A stretch of 64,000 nucleotides of DNA from Ignavibacterium sp. GTDB taxonomy: Bacteria; Bacteroidota; Ignavibacteria; Ignavibacteriales; Ignavibacteriaceae. Below the pieces are notes generated by a model, which was not told the origin of the DNA, did not search any database, and worked only from the letters and a program-made list of their open reading frames with translations. Shown here piece after piece: positions 1 to 10,329 of the stretch; positions within the stretch are counted from its first letter, which is position 1; each line of letters opens with the position of its first letter. A program made the translations under genes and the position numbers. Where the stretch lies: positions 56,696 to 120,695 of the forward strand of contig JANWVQ010000082.1 of the NCBI GenBank assembly GCA_025056745.1, read 5' to 3'.

Positions 1-881
1 AGAAAAAATTTATTGTCTTTCGATAAACGATAGTCCAGCCTTGCATAACCTTCACATTCAAGCGCTTTGAATGCTTTCAATGAAATCTCTTTTAATTGGG
101 TTGAAATGTTCTCATCAATTTCAGCAGGAACAATATATTGGCTCATTCCAGATGTGTATTTACATTCATAATCATAAATTTCGTGAGAGGGAATAATTTC
201 CAAGACTGGATAAACTGTCTCTCCAACTATTCCAACAGTTAATTCTCGTCCTTCAATAAATTCTTCAATCAATATTTTATTTGAATAATTTGAGGCAATC
301 ATTAATGCATCATCTAGCTGACTCTCATCTTTTACAATTGAGAGACCAACTGTTGAGCCTTGATCATTTGGTTTTACAACTACTGGATAAGAAATCTTCT
401 CTTTGATTTTATTTTTAATTTCTTGAATGTCAAAATTCGAATGAGAAATTGAGAGCCATTTTGGAGTAGGAATATCAAACTTATCAAAAAGAATTTTTGA
501 TAAAATTTTGTCCATCGTGACTGCACTTGAAAGCATTTTAGAGCCAGTATATTTAATTCCTTTCATATCAAGCAATGCCTGAACAGTTCCATCTTCTCCC
601 CACTTACCGTGAAGACCAATAAATACTAAATCACAATGTTTGAAAATTTCTAAGTTAAATGCTTCTATATAATTTCTTTCTGAAACTATGGAATAATCTT
701 CTTCAACAAAAAATTTCTCAACACTATCAGGCTGATTTTTTCCATAAGCAGGGTCAATTAAAAACACTTGATAACCGAGATTTAATAATGCTTCGTAAAT
801 TGATTTTGATGATCTTTTAGAAATAACTCTTTCTGTTGAACTACCTCCGACGAGTAAGATTATTTTAATATTTGAATTCAT
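1..881 (-). CDS. ddl: D-alanine--D-alanine ligase (N-terminal ~293 codons; C-terminus runs off the window start)
   Basis: My own minus-strand translation from ATG 881-879 gives MNSNIKIILLVGGSSTERVISKRSS...FIGLHGKWGEDGTVQALLD...YPVVVKPNDQGSTVGLSIV...EEFIEGRELTVGIVG...YARLDYRL, which are typical Ddl ATP-grasp blocks. ATGA start/stop overlap with the aldolase gene. Absent from the ORF track because it is truncated by the window edge. Confidence 0.85.
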   Translation of the reverse strand, partial: MNSNIKIILLVGGSSTERVISKRSSKSIYEALLNLGYQVFLIDPAYGKNQPDSVEKFFVEEDYSIVSERNYIEAFNLEIFKHCDLVFIGLHGKWGEDGTVQALLDMKGIKYTGSKMLSSAVTMDKILSKILFDKFDIPTPKWLSISHSNFDIQEIKNKIKEKISYPVVVKPNDQGSTVGLSIVKDESQLDDALMIASNYSNKILIEEFIEGRELTVGIVGETVYPVLEIIPSHEIYDYECKYTSGMSQYIVPAEIDENISTQLKEISLKAFKALECEGYARLDYRLSKDNKFF

Positions 882-1519
882 TTTATTTTAATTCCATAAG
901 TTGATTCTGAAATCGATATTAGCTTATTAATTTCTTCTTCAGATAATTGTCTTGGATTTCCAAGCATTCGAGCAATAAATATTGTTTTAGCAGCGTGCTC
1001 GAGTTTTTCCATTTTGTAATATGCATCAAAAACTGACTCGCCGAACGTTACAGCTCCGTGATTCTGCAAAAGTAAAGCAGATGAGTTTTCAACATAGTCT
1101 TTTATAGACACTATAAGTTCATCGGTAGATGGAGTTGCATATTTACAAAGAGGTACTTTTCCAAGATGTAGAATAACCTCAGGGAAATAATTTTCAATTA
1201 GTCCTTCGCCGACGAGAGTGAATGCAGTTGAATAAATTGGATGACAATGAACAACAGCTTTTACATCTGATCTTTTCGAATAAATAAATCTATGCAATTT
1301 ATTTTCAGTAGAAATTTTACCTTCGCCAGAAATAATATTACCTTTTAGATCAATTTCCAGAATATCTTCAATTGTTAGTTCACCTTTGCAAACGCCTGAA
1401 CGAGTTATAAAGATTGTATTCCTTTCAGATAGAGCAGAGATATTTCCATCATAAGCAGCGACAAATTTGTTTTGATAGATAAGATGAGAGATTTTAACTA
1501 TTTCATCTTTGATTGACAT
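878..1519 (-). CDS. class II aldolase/adducin family protein (fuculose-phosphate aldolase-like)
   Basis: 213 aa. Motifs HCHPIYSTAF and LLQNHGAVTFGES are typical of the class II aldolase fold. Overlaps both neighbours, which looks operon-like. Confidence 0.8.
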   Translation of the reverse strand: MSIKDEIVKISHLIYQNKFVAAYDGNISALSERNTIFITRSGVCKGELTIEDILEIDLKGNIISGEGKISTENKLHRFIYSKRSDVKAVVHCHPIYSTAFTLVGEGLIENYFPEVILHLGKVPLCKYATPSTDELIVSIKDYVENSSALLLQNHGAVTFGESVFDAYYKMEKLEHAAKTIFIARMLGNPRQLSEEEINKLISISESTYGIKIK

Positions 1520-2499
1520 TTTCTTTCCAACTCTTCCATCAACTTCATATTAACTAAACCATCATAACCTGTGACAAGTGGAGTTTCATTTTTGAGAAAT
1601 GAATCTTGAACAGACTTGAGAGCAAATAACATTTTATTACCACCTTTTCTGAAACTTTTTTTTGCTTCACCATCAACAACAATAGAAAGTTTTGTACCGA
1701 TAATTTTTCTACCCATTAAATTATCAATTTCAATTGAGCCTCGATGACAAATTATTTCCAATCTATTAAATGCTTTTTTACAATTATAAGAAACATTGAA
1801 ATAACCATAACCGCTTTCTTTGAATTTTACAATCCCATTTGCAAAATCTTCAACCTCACTTTGATAAATTATGTTATCTATGAAACCATCTATTTGAGAA
1901 ATCTCTCCACCGAAATACCTAAGTAAATTTATTAAATGTGTACCTAAATCTCTTAATGCACCACCACCGCTTTTTTCTTTCTTAAATCTATAATTATTAT
2001 CAGGGGGGAAATCTATGTTGAAATTAGCTTGTATTGAAACAATCTTTCCTAATTTGAGAGTGCTAATAAGTTCTTTGGCTTTAATTGTTAGTGGATGAAA
2101 ATTATGAATATAGTTTACAGCGAATTTAACATTATTCTCTTCAGCGACTTTCACCATTTCTTCAGCTTCAATAGAGTTTAATCCCAAAGGTTTTTCACAA
2201 AAAATATGTTTACCAGATTTCGCTGCTTTAATAACCTGCTCATAGTGTCTATCGTTAGATGAAGCGACATAAACTACATCAATATCTGATTTTAAGAATT
2301 CATCATAATTGTCGAAAAAATTTATAACTCCGAATTTATTAGCTAAATACTTTGCTCGATTAAAATCGTGACTAAAAAGAGATATTACTTTACTCCTTCT
2401 CAAATGCTGAATTGCAGGTAAAAAAGCTTCTTCAGCAAATCTTCCTAAGCCAGCAACACCCCATTTCAATTTCTTTGAAGAGATTAGCTCTGTAACCAT
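1498..2499 (-). CDS. Gfo/Idh/MocA family oxidoreductase
   Basis: 333 aa. N-terminal Rossmann GVAGLGRFAEE and the CEKP motif (FCEKPLG) are characteristic of this family. Confidence 0.8.
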   Translation of the reverse strand: MVTELISSKKLKWGVAGLGRFAEEAFLPAIQHLRRSKVISLFSHDFNRAKYLANKFGVINFFDNYDEFLKSDIDVVYVASSNDRHYEQVIKAAKSGKHIFCEKPLGLNSIEAEEMVKVAEENNVKFAVNYIHNFHPLTIKAKELISTLKLGKIVSIQANFNIDFPPDNNYRFKKEKSGGGALRDLGTHLINLLRYFGGEISQIDGFIDNIIYQSEVEDFANGIVKFKESGYGYFNVSYNCKKAFNRLEIICHRGSIEIDNLMGRKIIGTKLSIVVDGEAKKSFRKGGNKMLFALKSVQDSFLKNETPLVTGYDGLVNMKLMEELERKCQSKMK

Positions 2500-3449
2500 T
2501 AAAATTTTAATCTTTCCATTAATTTGATAATAGGTTTTGAATTTTGCATAACATAAAAGTGAACAGATGGGACATTGGCATTAAGCAATTCTTCAACTTG
2601 TTTTGCTGCCCACTCAACACCAATATCAATAACGTGTTCATTCTTTGCTGAATGAATTTCATCTGAAAGTTCCTCAGGAATGTTTATATAGAAATTTTTA
2701 GGAACAGTATTAAGCTGAACTTTTGATGTTAAAATTTTTAAGCCGGGAATAATTGGTGCATTAATACCCATTTCACGAGCAAGCTTGACAAAATTGAAAT
2801 AGTGTTTATTATCATAAAACATTTGAGTAACAATATATTCTGCTCCTGCATCAATCTTTTCTTTTACATATTTAAGATCTGTTTTAAGATTAGGCGCTTC
2901 AAAATGTTTTTCAGGATAACCACTAACACCAATGCAGAAATTTGTTGGTTTTGCATCAAGAAGATTTTCTTCGAGGTATTTGCCATTATTCATATCAATA
3001 ATTTGTTTAACTAGATCAACAGCGTATTTATTTACGCTTCTACCTTGAGGGATTGGTTTTTCATAACCGCTATCATCACCTCTGATTGCAAGCACGTTTT
3101 GAATTCCGAGATAATTTAATTCTGTGAGAAAATCTTCAGTTTCTTCTCTCGTAAAACCTTTACATAAAACGTGAGGTACAGCGTCAACATTATATTTATT
3201 TTGAATCAAGGCACAGATTCCAAGAGTGCCAGGCCTTTTCCTTTTTACGACTTTTTTAATTCCATTAGGACCTTCTTCGTAACTAACCTCAGCTGCGTGA
3301 CTTGTTATATCAATAAATGGAGGATTGTATTTTACCAAGTCATCCAATAGTGCTAAGATTCCTCCTATATCTCCTCCTCTTTTAGGTGGAATTATTTCAA
3401 AACTTATTAAAGGATTTTTCGCCTTTTCTAAATGTTCAATAACCTTCAT
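2499..3449 (-). CDS. metF: methylenetetrahydrofolate reductase
   Basis: 316 aa. SFEIIPPKRG at the N-terminus and VLAIRGD and TQMFYD blocks match the MetF/MTHFR TIM-barrel family. Confidence 0.85.
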   Translation of the reverse strand: MKVIEHLEKAKNPLISFEIIPPKRGGDIGGILALLDDLVKYNPPFIDITSHAAEVSYEEGPNGIKKVVKRKRPGTLGICALIQNKYNVDAVPHVLCKGFTREETEDFLTELNYLGIQNVLAIRGDDSGYEKPIPQGRSVNKYAVDLVKQIIDMNNGKYLEENLLDAKPTNFCIGVSGYPEKHFEAPNLKTDLKYVKEKIDAGAEYIVTQMFYDNKHYFNFVKLAREMGINAPIIPGLKILTSKVQLNTVPKNFYINIPEELSDEIHSAKNEHVIDIGVEWAAKQVEELLNANVPSVHFYVMQNSKPIIKLMERLKF

Positions 3450-3508
3450 AAAACCTTAATATTATTGACGGGCAAAGTTAATATAAAGATTTTTAATCTT
3501 AATCAATT

Positions 3509-5959
3509 TTACTTTTTCTTTATTATTAATTTCATTTTATTTTTTGAACTAAAAGACTCATCTGACACATCAACTCTAAAATATTTACCTTTAAGCCATA
3601 AGTAAGTCATATCTTTATAATGTTTACTAAAAACATTTCCAGATTGTCCAGAGGTTAGAACTATAAAAAATTTGTCAGCAGTTCCAAAATCGAAAATAAA
3701 TCTCATTGATGGACCCAAAACATTGTCAAATTGATTATTAAAAAACTGAGATAAAATTTTTGGTTTCTTTGCAAAAGAATATTCTGTATTAAAAATTGTA
3801 GTTCCGTCGCCACCGACTTCAAATGGACCTATGTTAATTATTTTATCAACTGGCTTGAACGCACCGGAGAAAGGATGTTTGAATAAAACTTTATGTATTC
3901 TTCCCCATTGCCAAAATTTAATATCTTTTCCGTAATTAGATTCGAGAAATGTTAATGCGTCTGAGAGCGATTTTCTAATTATATAATTTTTATCATAATT
4001 CTTACCTGATTTAACATCATTAAACCATTTTGATTCGGAACCTAAAATTTTTAATAAACTACGATAAGGCACATTTGCAACAAAAAGGAATTTATTATAC
4101 AAATCATCTCCCATTTCATCATAAAATATATTTTTTAATAGTTGATTTATAAAAACTTGATAAATCGAAGCAGTTTGTGAATAAGCATCCATTTTGAAAT
4201 CCCAATTATCAAATAACTCGAGGGCTATTTTCAAATTTTTATCTTTAATTTTTATTCCATTGAAAGCAGAAATTATTTGTGGGACGATTTGCTCAGCATA
4301 CTTGGAGGTTTGATCGAACTGATAGTTCTTAAAGTCTTCTACTGAATGTTTTTCTTTTTGTTTAAGTAACTCATTAATTCTTTCAAACCTTGAGGATGGT
4401 TCCCATAGATGAGTTATGTAATAATTCAATTTATCAAAGTGATTGCTATTTGCTGTTGCTAAAAATCCGCTTGAAGGATTGAGATAAAAAGTCATTTCAT
4501 TCTTTGGAACGAAGCCAATCCAATCATTTGATGATTTTGTTCCGTCCGAAATTATTGATGAAGAAGAATTGGCTCTGATTGGAATTTTAGCTCCTGCAAC
4601 GTAACCAATGTTTCCATTTTTATCTGCATATAAAAAATTTTGTCCTGGAATTGAAAAATGTGTGATTGCTTCCTTGAATTCTTGAAAGTTTTTTGCTTTG
4701 TTTATTCTGTAAAATGCTAACATCTCATCACTGAATTCTAATCCAAGCCATCTCATACTTATTGCAGGGAATACTTTTTCATTTTCATTATAGAAAAAAG
4801 TCATTTGATGGACATCTGAAATTATAGGACCTCGATGAGTACTTTTAATTTGAATAATCTTCGGTTTGCTATTTTTTATTAGTATTGTGTCTTTTATAGT
4901 TTGTAAAGCTTTCCATTCATTGTCCAAATAATAAAACTTTTTTGATGAATCAATTTTTTCAAGATAAAAATCGGTTTCATCATTCATCAGATTAGTTAAT
5001 GCCCAGGCAATATTTTTGTTTTTTCCGATAACAATTCCAGGGACACCAGGCAAAGTTACTCCAGCCAAAGTTTCGTTGTTATTCTTGATAACTGCTAAAT
5101 ACCATTTTGATGGGACACTGTAAGGAAGATGAGGATCATTTGCAATTATCGGTTTACCGGATGTTGATTTTTTACCATCAACAACCCAATTGTTCGAACC
5201 TATTTGAGTTCCTTCTAATCCAAAGAATTGCTTGTATAACAGATTTGATTGAATAAAACTTTGAGCAATTTCTGAAACACTTTTTAAGTTTTCAGGGATA
5301 TTATTCAAATCTTTTTGAGGAACATCGGGTAAGATTTCTGCAGCTTTCTCGATCCCAAACTTTTCAATCAATTCAGTATAAACAAAGTCAGCCCACCAAT
5401 TTAGGTTTAATTCCCAGGCCATCATTCGAATTATCAATAAACTATGAATTTCAGTCCACGGTTCTGGATAATAGCCAAGTAAATCAAATTCGATTGGTAG
5501 TTTTGATTGATGATTTTTTATAAAATAATTAACTCCATATGAATAAGATTTTAGTAAACTTAAAGTTGTTTTATCATAATTATTCAAATTGGTTTTGATT
5601 GTCCTACTAATTCCTATTGTTCGAAATAATTCATCGAATCTTAAAGTTCTCTTTCCAAAAATTTCACTAAGTCGCCCTTCACCAGCTCTTCGATATAAGT
5701 CCATTGAAAAAAGTCTGTCGCGAGCGTGTAGATAACCGAGTGCAAAAGCTACATCATTATCATTTTGTGCTTCTATATATGGAATTCCAATGCTGTCAGT
5801 ATAGATAAAAATATCATTTTGAATTTTTTCCGTTTCTATGATACCTTCATATTCAGGCAAAGATTTTTTCAGCATTTTGAAAAAAATTATTCCAGCAATG
5901 ACAAATACAATAATTATTGTTGAAACCATTCCAATCTTTATTCTTAACCAATTTGGCAT
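3509..5959 (-). CDS. penicillin acylase family Ntn-hydrolase (possible acyl-homoserine-lactone/beta-lactam acylase), N-terminally membrane anchored
   Basis: 816 aa. Hydrophobic N-terminal anchor (VSTIIIVFVIAGIIFF). GSNNWVV matches the Ser nucleophile exposed after autoproteolysis. Length and layout are typical of the S45/penicillin amidase family. Confidence 0.85.
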   Translation of the reverse strand: MPNWLRIKIGMVSTIIIVFVIAGIIFFKMLKKSLPEYEGIIETEKIQNDIFIYTDSIGIPYIEAQNDNDVAFALGYLHARDRLFSMDLYRRAGEGRLSEIFGKRTLRFDELFRTIGISRTIKTNLNNYDKTTLSLLKSYSYGVNYFIKNHQSKLPIEFDLLGYYPEPWTEIHSLLIIRMMAWELNLNWWADFVYTELIEKFGIEKAAEILPDVPQKDLNNIPENLKSVSEIAQSFIQSNLLYKQFFGLEGTQIGSNNWVVDGKKSTSGKPIIANDPHLPYSVPSKWYLAVIKNNNETLAGVTLPGVPGIVIGKNKNIAWALTNLMNDETDFYLEKIDSSKKFYYLDNEWKALQTIKDTILIKNSKPKIIQIKSTHRGPIISDVHQMTFFYNENEKVFPAISMRWLGLEFSDEMLAFYRINKAKNFQEFKEAITHFSIPGQNFLYADKNGNIGYVAGAKIPIRANSSSSIISDGTKSSNDWIGFVPKNEMTFYLNPSSGFLATANSNHFDKLNYYITHLWEPSSRFERINELLKQKEKHSVEDFKNYQFDQTSKYAEQIVPQIISAFNGIKIKDKNLKIALELFDNWDFKMDAYSQTASIYQVFINQLLKNIFYDEMGDDLYNKFLFVANVPYRSLLKILGSESKWFNDVKSGKNYDKNYIIRKSLSDALTFLESNYGKDIKFWQWGRIHKVLFKHPFSGAFKPVDKIINIGPFEVGGDGTTIFNTEYSFAKKPKILSQFFNNQFDNVLGPSMRFIFDFGTADKFFIVLTSGQSGNVFSKHYKDMTYLWLKGKYFRVDVSDESFSSKNKMKLIIKKK

Positions 5960-6040
5960 TTTTATTAAACTCAGGTTTTAATAAGTAGAATAAATTATTT
6001 AATTCAAAAATATTGATTTAATTGTTTTGATTTTATTAGT

Positions 6041-6350
6041 TCAGTTTACTAAAGTAAACTGCTATTGATTCAAAAATTAATAATAAATAGCAGTTGGCTT
6101 TAGTTAACTGAAAGAAATATGCTCAACCAAAACCGGGTTTTAGCCTCATAGAAAATTATGTGGCTAAAGCCAGAGAATTTTTTATTATTTAACTCAGTTT
6201 ACTAAAGTAAACTGCAATATTTATTAAAAATTATAAATCAATAGCTGTTAACTTTAGCTAACTGAAAGAAATATGCTCAACAAAAACCGGGCTTTAGCCC
6301 TATAAAATAATATGCGGCTAAAATTTAGGAATATTCTATCCTCATTTTTT
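6041..6350 (+). repeat. two tandem copies (period 153 bp) of a structured intergenic repeat unit
   Basis: The invariant 20-nt hairpin CAGTTTAC-TAAA-GTAAACTG occurs at 6042-6061 and 6195-6214. Each is followed by the shared blocks ...attaaaaattataaatcaatagc..., ctgaaagaaatatgctcaac, GGG(T/C)TTTAGCC(T/C) and atg(t/c)ggctaaa.... Strand is assigned only from wobble-pair logic (see findings). Confidence 0.85.
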
Positions 6351-6414
6351 ATATTATTAAAATGAATTGCAACTAAAGAAAATTAATTATCATCTCTAAT
6401 TCAATAAGATGAAC

Positions 6415-7551
6415 TTAGCTATATTTTTTTTCAATAAACTCCCAAAAATTTTCTTTATGAACTACCATCTGATTTTGTGGAGAGTAATTATTCAAAAAAG
6501 TTCTAGAAAATGATTTCTTTTGAAATGAATTATAAGAAAACTCAAAAACTGAAAGTTTTTCATCAAGTTCTTCTATAAAATCAATTTCCTGTTGCTGAGA
6601 TGTTCGCCAGAAATAAATCTTCACATCTGGTTGATAAATGTTATTGAACTTTATTCTTTCTGAAATAATGAAATTCTCCCATAAAGCGCCTTTATCATTT
6701 CTAAATTCTAAATTTTGGAAATTCGAAATAAGTGCGTTACGAATTCCGGTATCATAAAAATAAATCTTTCTCAATTTAGTCAGCTCTGAGCGAACATTTC
6801 TACTAAAAGGTTTTAGACGAAAGATTATAAAAGCTTTCTCAAGAATATCAATATACTTACTCACAGTATCTTTATCTATCTTTAATGAATTTGAAAGTTC
6901 ATTATATGAAACTTCATTACCAATCTGTGCAGCCAAGAGCATAAGTAATTTCTCAACTATCTCTGGTTTTCTGATACCTTCAAAACTCAAAATATCTTTG
7001 AATAAATAACTTGTTGTAATTTCTTTAAGGAGCGATTTTTTATCTTCTTTTTCAGTTATAACCTCTGGATACATTCCGTATATAATTCTCTCTTCTAATA
7101 AACGATTAGTTTCAATTAGACCAATGGAGTTTTTTAATTCAATCATAGAAATTGGGGTTAAAAGAAATACATGCTTTCTTCCAGTCAGTGGCTCATTTAT
7201 AATATTAGAAAGTTCAAATGATGATGACCCCGTTGCAATTACCTGAACATTTTTCATTTCATCAGCAAACAGTTTCAAGGTAATTCCAATATTTTTAACT
7301 CGTTGTGCTTCATCAATGAAAATCAATTTTTTATTTTCGATGAGACTTTTTAATTGTGTCGAGGTAACATTAGTAAGATAATTTCTAATATCAGGCTCAT
7401 CACAGTTTAGGTATAAAGATTTTTCGAGATATTTTTGCTGAATATTTTTTATTAAAGTGGTTTTACCTACTTGTCTTGCACCATAAATGATGATTATTTT
7501 ACCTTTAAAGAGCCTTTGCTCAATAAAATGTTGAATTTCTCTGTTAATCAT
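6415..7551 (-). CDS. AAA+ ATPase with C-terminal DUF4143-like domain (COG1373-type)
   Basis: Walker A GARQVGKTT and Walker B LIFIDEAQ. The C-terminal region has the winged-helix/DUF4143 layout. The ORF track starts at 7578, but I prefer ATG 7551 (MINREIQHF...), which matches the usual family N-terminus and has aGGAaaaat upstream. Confidence 0.8.
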   Translation of the reverse strand: MINREIQHFIEQRLFKGKIIIIYGARQVGKTTLIKNIQQKYLEKSLYLNCDEPDIRNYLTNVTSTQLKSLIENKKLIFIDEAQRVKNIGITLKLFADEMKNVQVIATGSSSFELSNIINEPLTGRKHVFLLTPISMIELKNSIGLIETNRLLEERIIYGMYPEVITEKEDKKSLLKEITTSYLFKDILSFEGIRKPEIVEKLLMLLAAQIGNEVSYNELSNSLKIDKDTVSKYIDILEKAFIIFRLKPFSRNVRSELTKLRKIYFYDTGIRNALISNFQNLEFRNDKGALWENFIISERIKFNNIYQPDVKIYFWRTSQQQEIDFIEELDEKLSVFEFSYNSFQKKSFSRTFLNNYSPQNQMVVHKENFWEFIEKKYS

Positions 7552-7641
7552 ATTTTTCCTAATCTCTACACAAAACATAAGATTTTTCGATTACAATCGC
7601 AAATTACTATAAGATTTTTCGATTTGAATAGAAGAATGTTC

Positions 7642-7900
7642 GAAAAGAATGTGGCTAAAGCCAAGAAATATTCTATTCTATCTTTTTCAGTTTACTAAAG
7701 TAAACTGCAATAATTATTAAAAATTATAAATCAATAGCTGAAAGAAATATGCTCATCCAAAATAGGGCCTTAGCTTCATAGAAAATTATGTGGCTAAAGC
7801 CAAGGAATATTTTATCCTCTCTTTTTCAGTTTACTAAAGTAAACTGCAATAATTCTTTTAATTTATAATTCAATAGCAGTTGCCAACTAAAAAAGCTAAA
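7642..7900 (+). repeat. further copies of the same repeat unit: a 3' fragment, one full copy (period 139 bp) and a 5' partial copy
   Basis: gaaaagaatgtggctaaagccaagaaatattc at 7642 onward matches the 3' third of a unit. CAGTTTACTAAAGTAAACTG recurs at 7688-7707 and 7827-7846. The 7688 copy lacks the ~15-nt second hairpin present in the 6042/6195 copies. Confidence 0.85.
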
Positions 7901-7959
7901 TAATAATTTTTATCTTGCTTTTACTTTAAGGATAAAATTTTTTGTTTTTAAGAAAAGTT

Positions 7960-9252
<1,293 letters not shown>

Positions 9253-9591
9253 TTAGCTATAGGATTTTACTGCATCATCGACTGATTCGAATGTTTCAAA
9301 TATCTGAATGAGTTTTGTAATTATTAAAAGGCTTTGAATTTTTTCTCCAACTCTTGCTAATTTGAGATTACCTTCAGCTTTTTTAGCGGTGGTTAAAGCA
9401 GATATTAACATTCCAAGACCAGAACTATTCATAAATTTAACCTCACCTAAATCAACAATAATATTCTTTTTCCCTTCATCTATAAGCTTATGAAGAAGTT
9501 CATTAAATTCTTTTGTATCGTCGCCCCCCATAACATCACCTTTTAGTTCTATTATTACGGCATTGTATTTTTCAACTACTCTCGATTTCAT
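9253..9591 (-). CDS. STAS-domain anti-sigma-factor antagonist (SpoIIAA/RsbV-like)
   Basis: 112 aa. The FMNSSGLGML motif carries the conserved phosphorylatable Ser context. Size is typical of a single STAS domain. Confidence 0.85.
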   Translation of the reverse strand: MKSRVVEKYNAVIIELKGDVMGGDDTKEFNELLHKLIDEGKKNIIVDLGEVKFMNSSGLGMLISALTTAKKAEGNLKLARVGEKIQSLLIITKLIQIFETFESVDDAVKSYS

Positions 9592-9697
9592 AAGTTTATT
9601 CTCCTTTAATTTTTTGTAAAATTAAATAATGCATTAAAGCGTTACAAATATCTATATTATTTAATACAAATTAAAGTAAAATTTGCTTAAATTTTGC

Positions 9698-9723
9698 GAA
9701 ACATTTAATCAAAAAATAACGTC
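9698..9723 (+). promoter_or_regulatory. candidate ECF-type promoter (GAAAC-N17-CGTC) directly upstream of the ECF sigma gene
   Basis: GAAAC lies at 9698-9702 and CGTC at 9720-9723, with a 17-nt spacer. This resembles the AAC/CGT-type motifs of autoregulated ECF promoters. The -10 ends only 6 nt before ATG 9730. Confidence 0.35.
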
Positions 9724-9729
9724 AAAAAA

Positions 9730-10329
9730 ATGAATTTAGAAGAACAACCAAAAGAAAACGAAATGGAACAACCCAAAATTCTTACTTTAGACGATGATTT
9801 TTCTTTGATTAAAAGAATCAATCAAGGTGAAAAAGAGCTTTTCAGAGTTTTAATGAATCGCCACAAAGAAAAAGTAAGAAACATAATTTATATGACCCTC
9901 TCTGAAATTGATGCAATTGATGATATTGCTCAAGAAGTTTTTATTACTGTTTTCAAAAACTTAAAAAATTTCAGATACGAATCTCAATTCACAACTTGGT
10001 TATATCGCATTACAATCAATAAATGCAAAGATTATTTACGAAAGAAAAAAGTAAGAAAAATTTTCTCTTCCGTTGACGAAGATTATGATTTTACATCAAC
10101 AGAAATTGATGAGAATAAAGATATCAGATTAATCGTTAGAAAAGCAATTGATAAATTACCTGAAAAGCTAAGAATACCAATGATCTTAAGAGATATTGAA
10201 GGCTTTTCTTATCAAGAAATTTCAGAAACTCTCGAATTAGATTTAGGAACTGTAAAATCCAGAATATTTAGAGCTCGTGAAGCTCTTAGGTTAAAACTTG
10301 AACCAATCAAGAAGGAATTAATGATATGA
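9730..10329 (+). CDS. RNA polymerase ECF-type sigma-70 family factor
   Basis: 199 aa. Region 2 is FTTWLYRITINKC and region 4 is the HTH SYQEISETLELDLGTVKSRIFRAR. An alternative start at ATG 9763 (MEQPK) is possible. Confidence 0.9.
   Translation: MNLEEQPKENEMEQPKILTLDDDFSLIKRINQGEKELFRVLMNRHKEKVRNIIYMTLSEIDAIDDIAQEVFITVFKNLKNFRYESQFTTWLYRITINKCKDYLRKKKVRKIFSSVDEDYDFTSTEIDENKDIRLIVRKAIDKLPEKLRIPMILRDIEGFSYQEISETLELDLGTVKSRIFRAREALRLKLEPIKKELMI

Noticed and set aside
6415-7551. DUF4143 ATPase as a stand-alone anti-phage defence system
   Set aside because: It is a single gene with no effector partner and no other island hallmarks (integrase, tRNA, transposase). I kept only the cassette-in-repeat observation as a finding.
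7471-7698. 75-aa plus-strand ORF across the ATPase 5' end and repeat fragment
   Set aside because: It overlaps the Walker-A-coding part of the ATPase on the opposite strand and then runs through repeat sequence. It is most likely chance.
6041-7900. CRISPR array interpretation of the intergenic repeats
   Set aside because: The period is 139-153 bp with nearly the whole unit conserved, so there is no short-repeat/unique-spacer alternation. There are only about 4.5 units, split by a gene, and no cas genes in the window.
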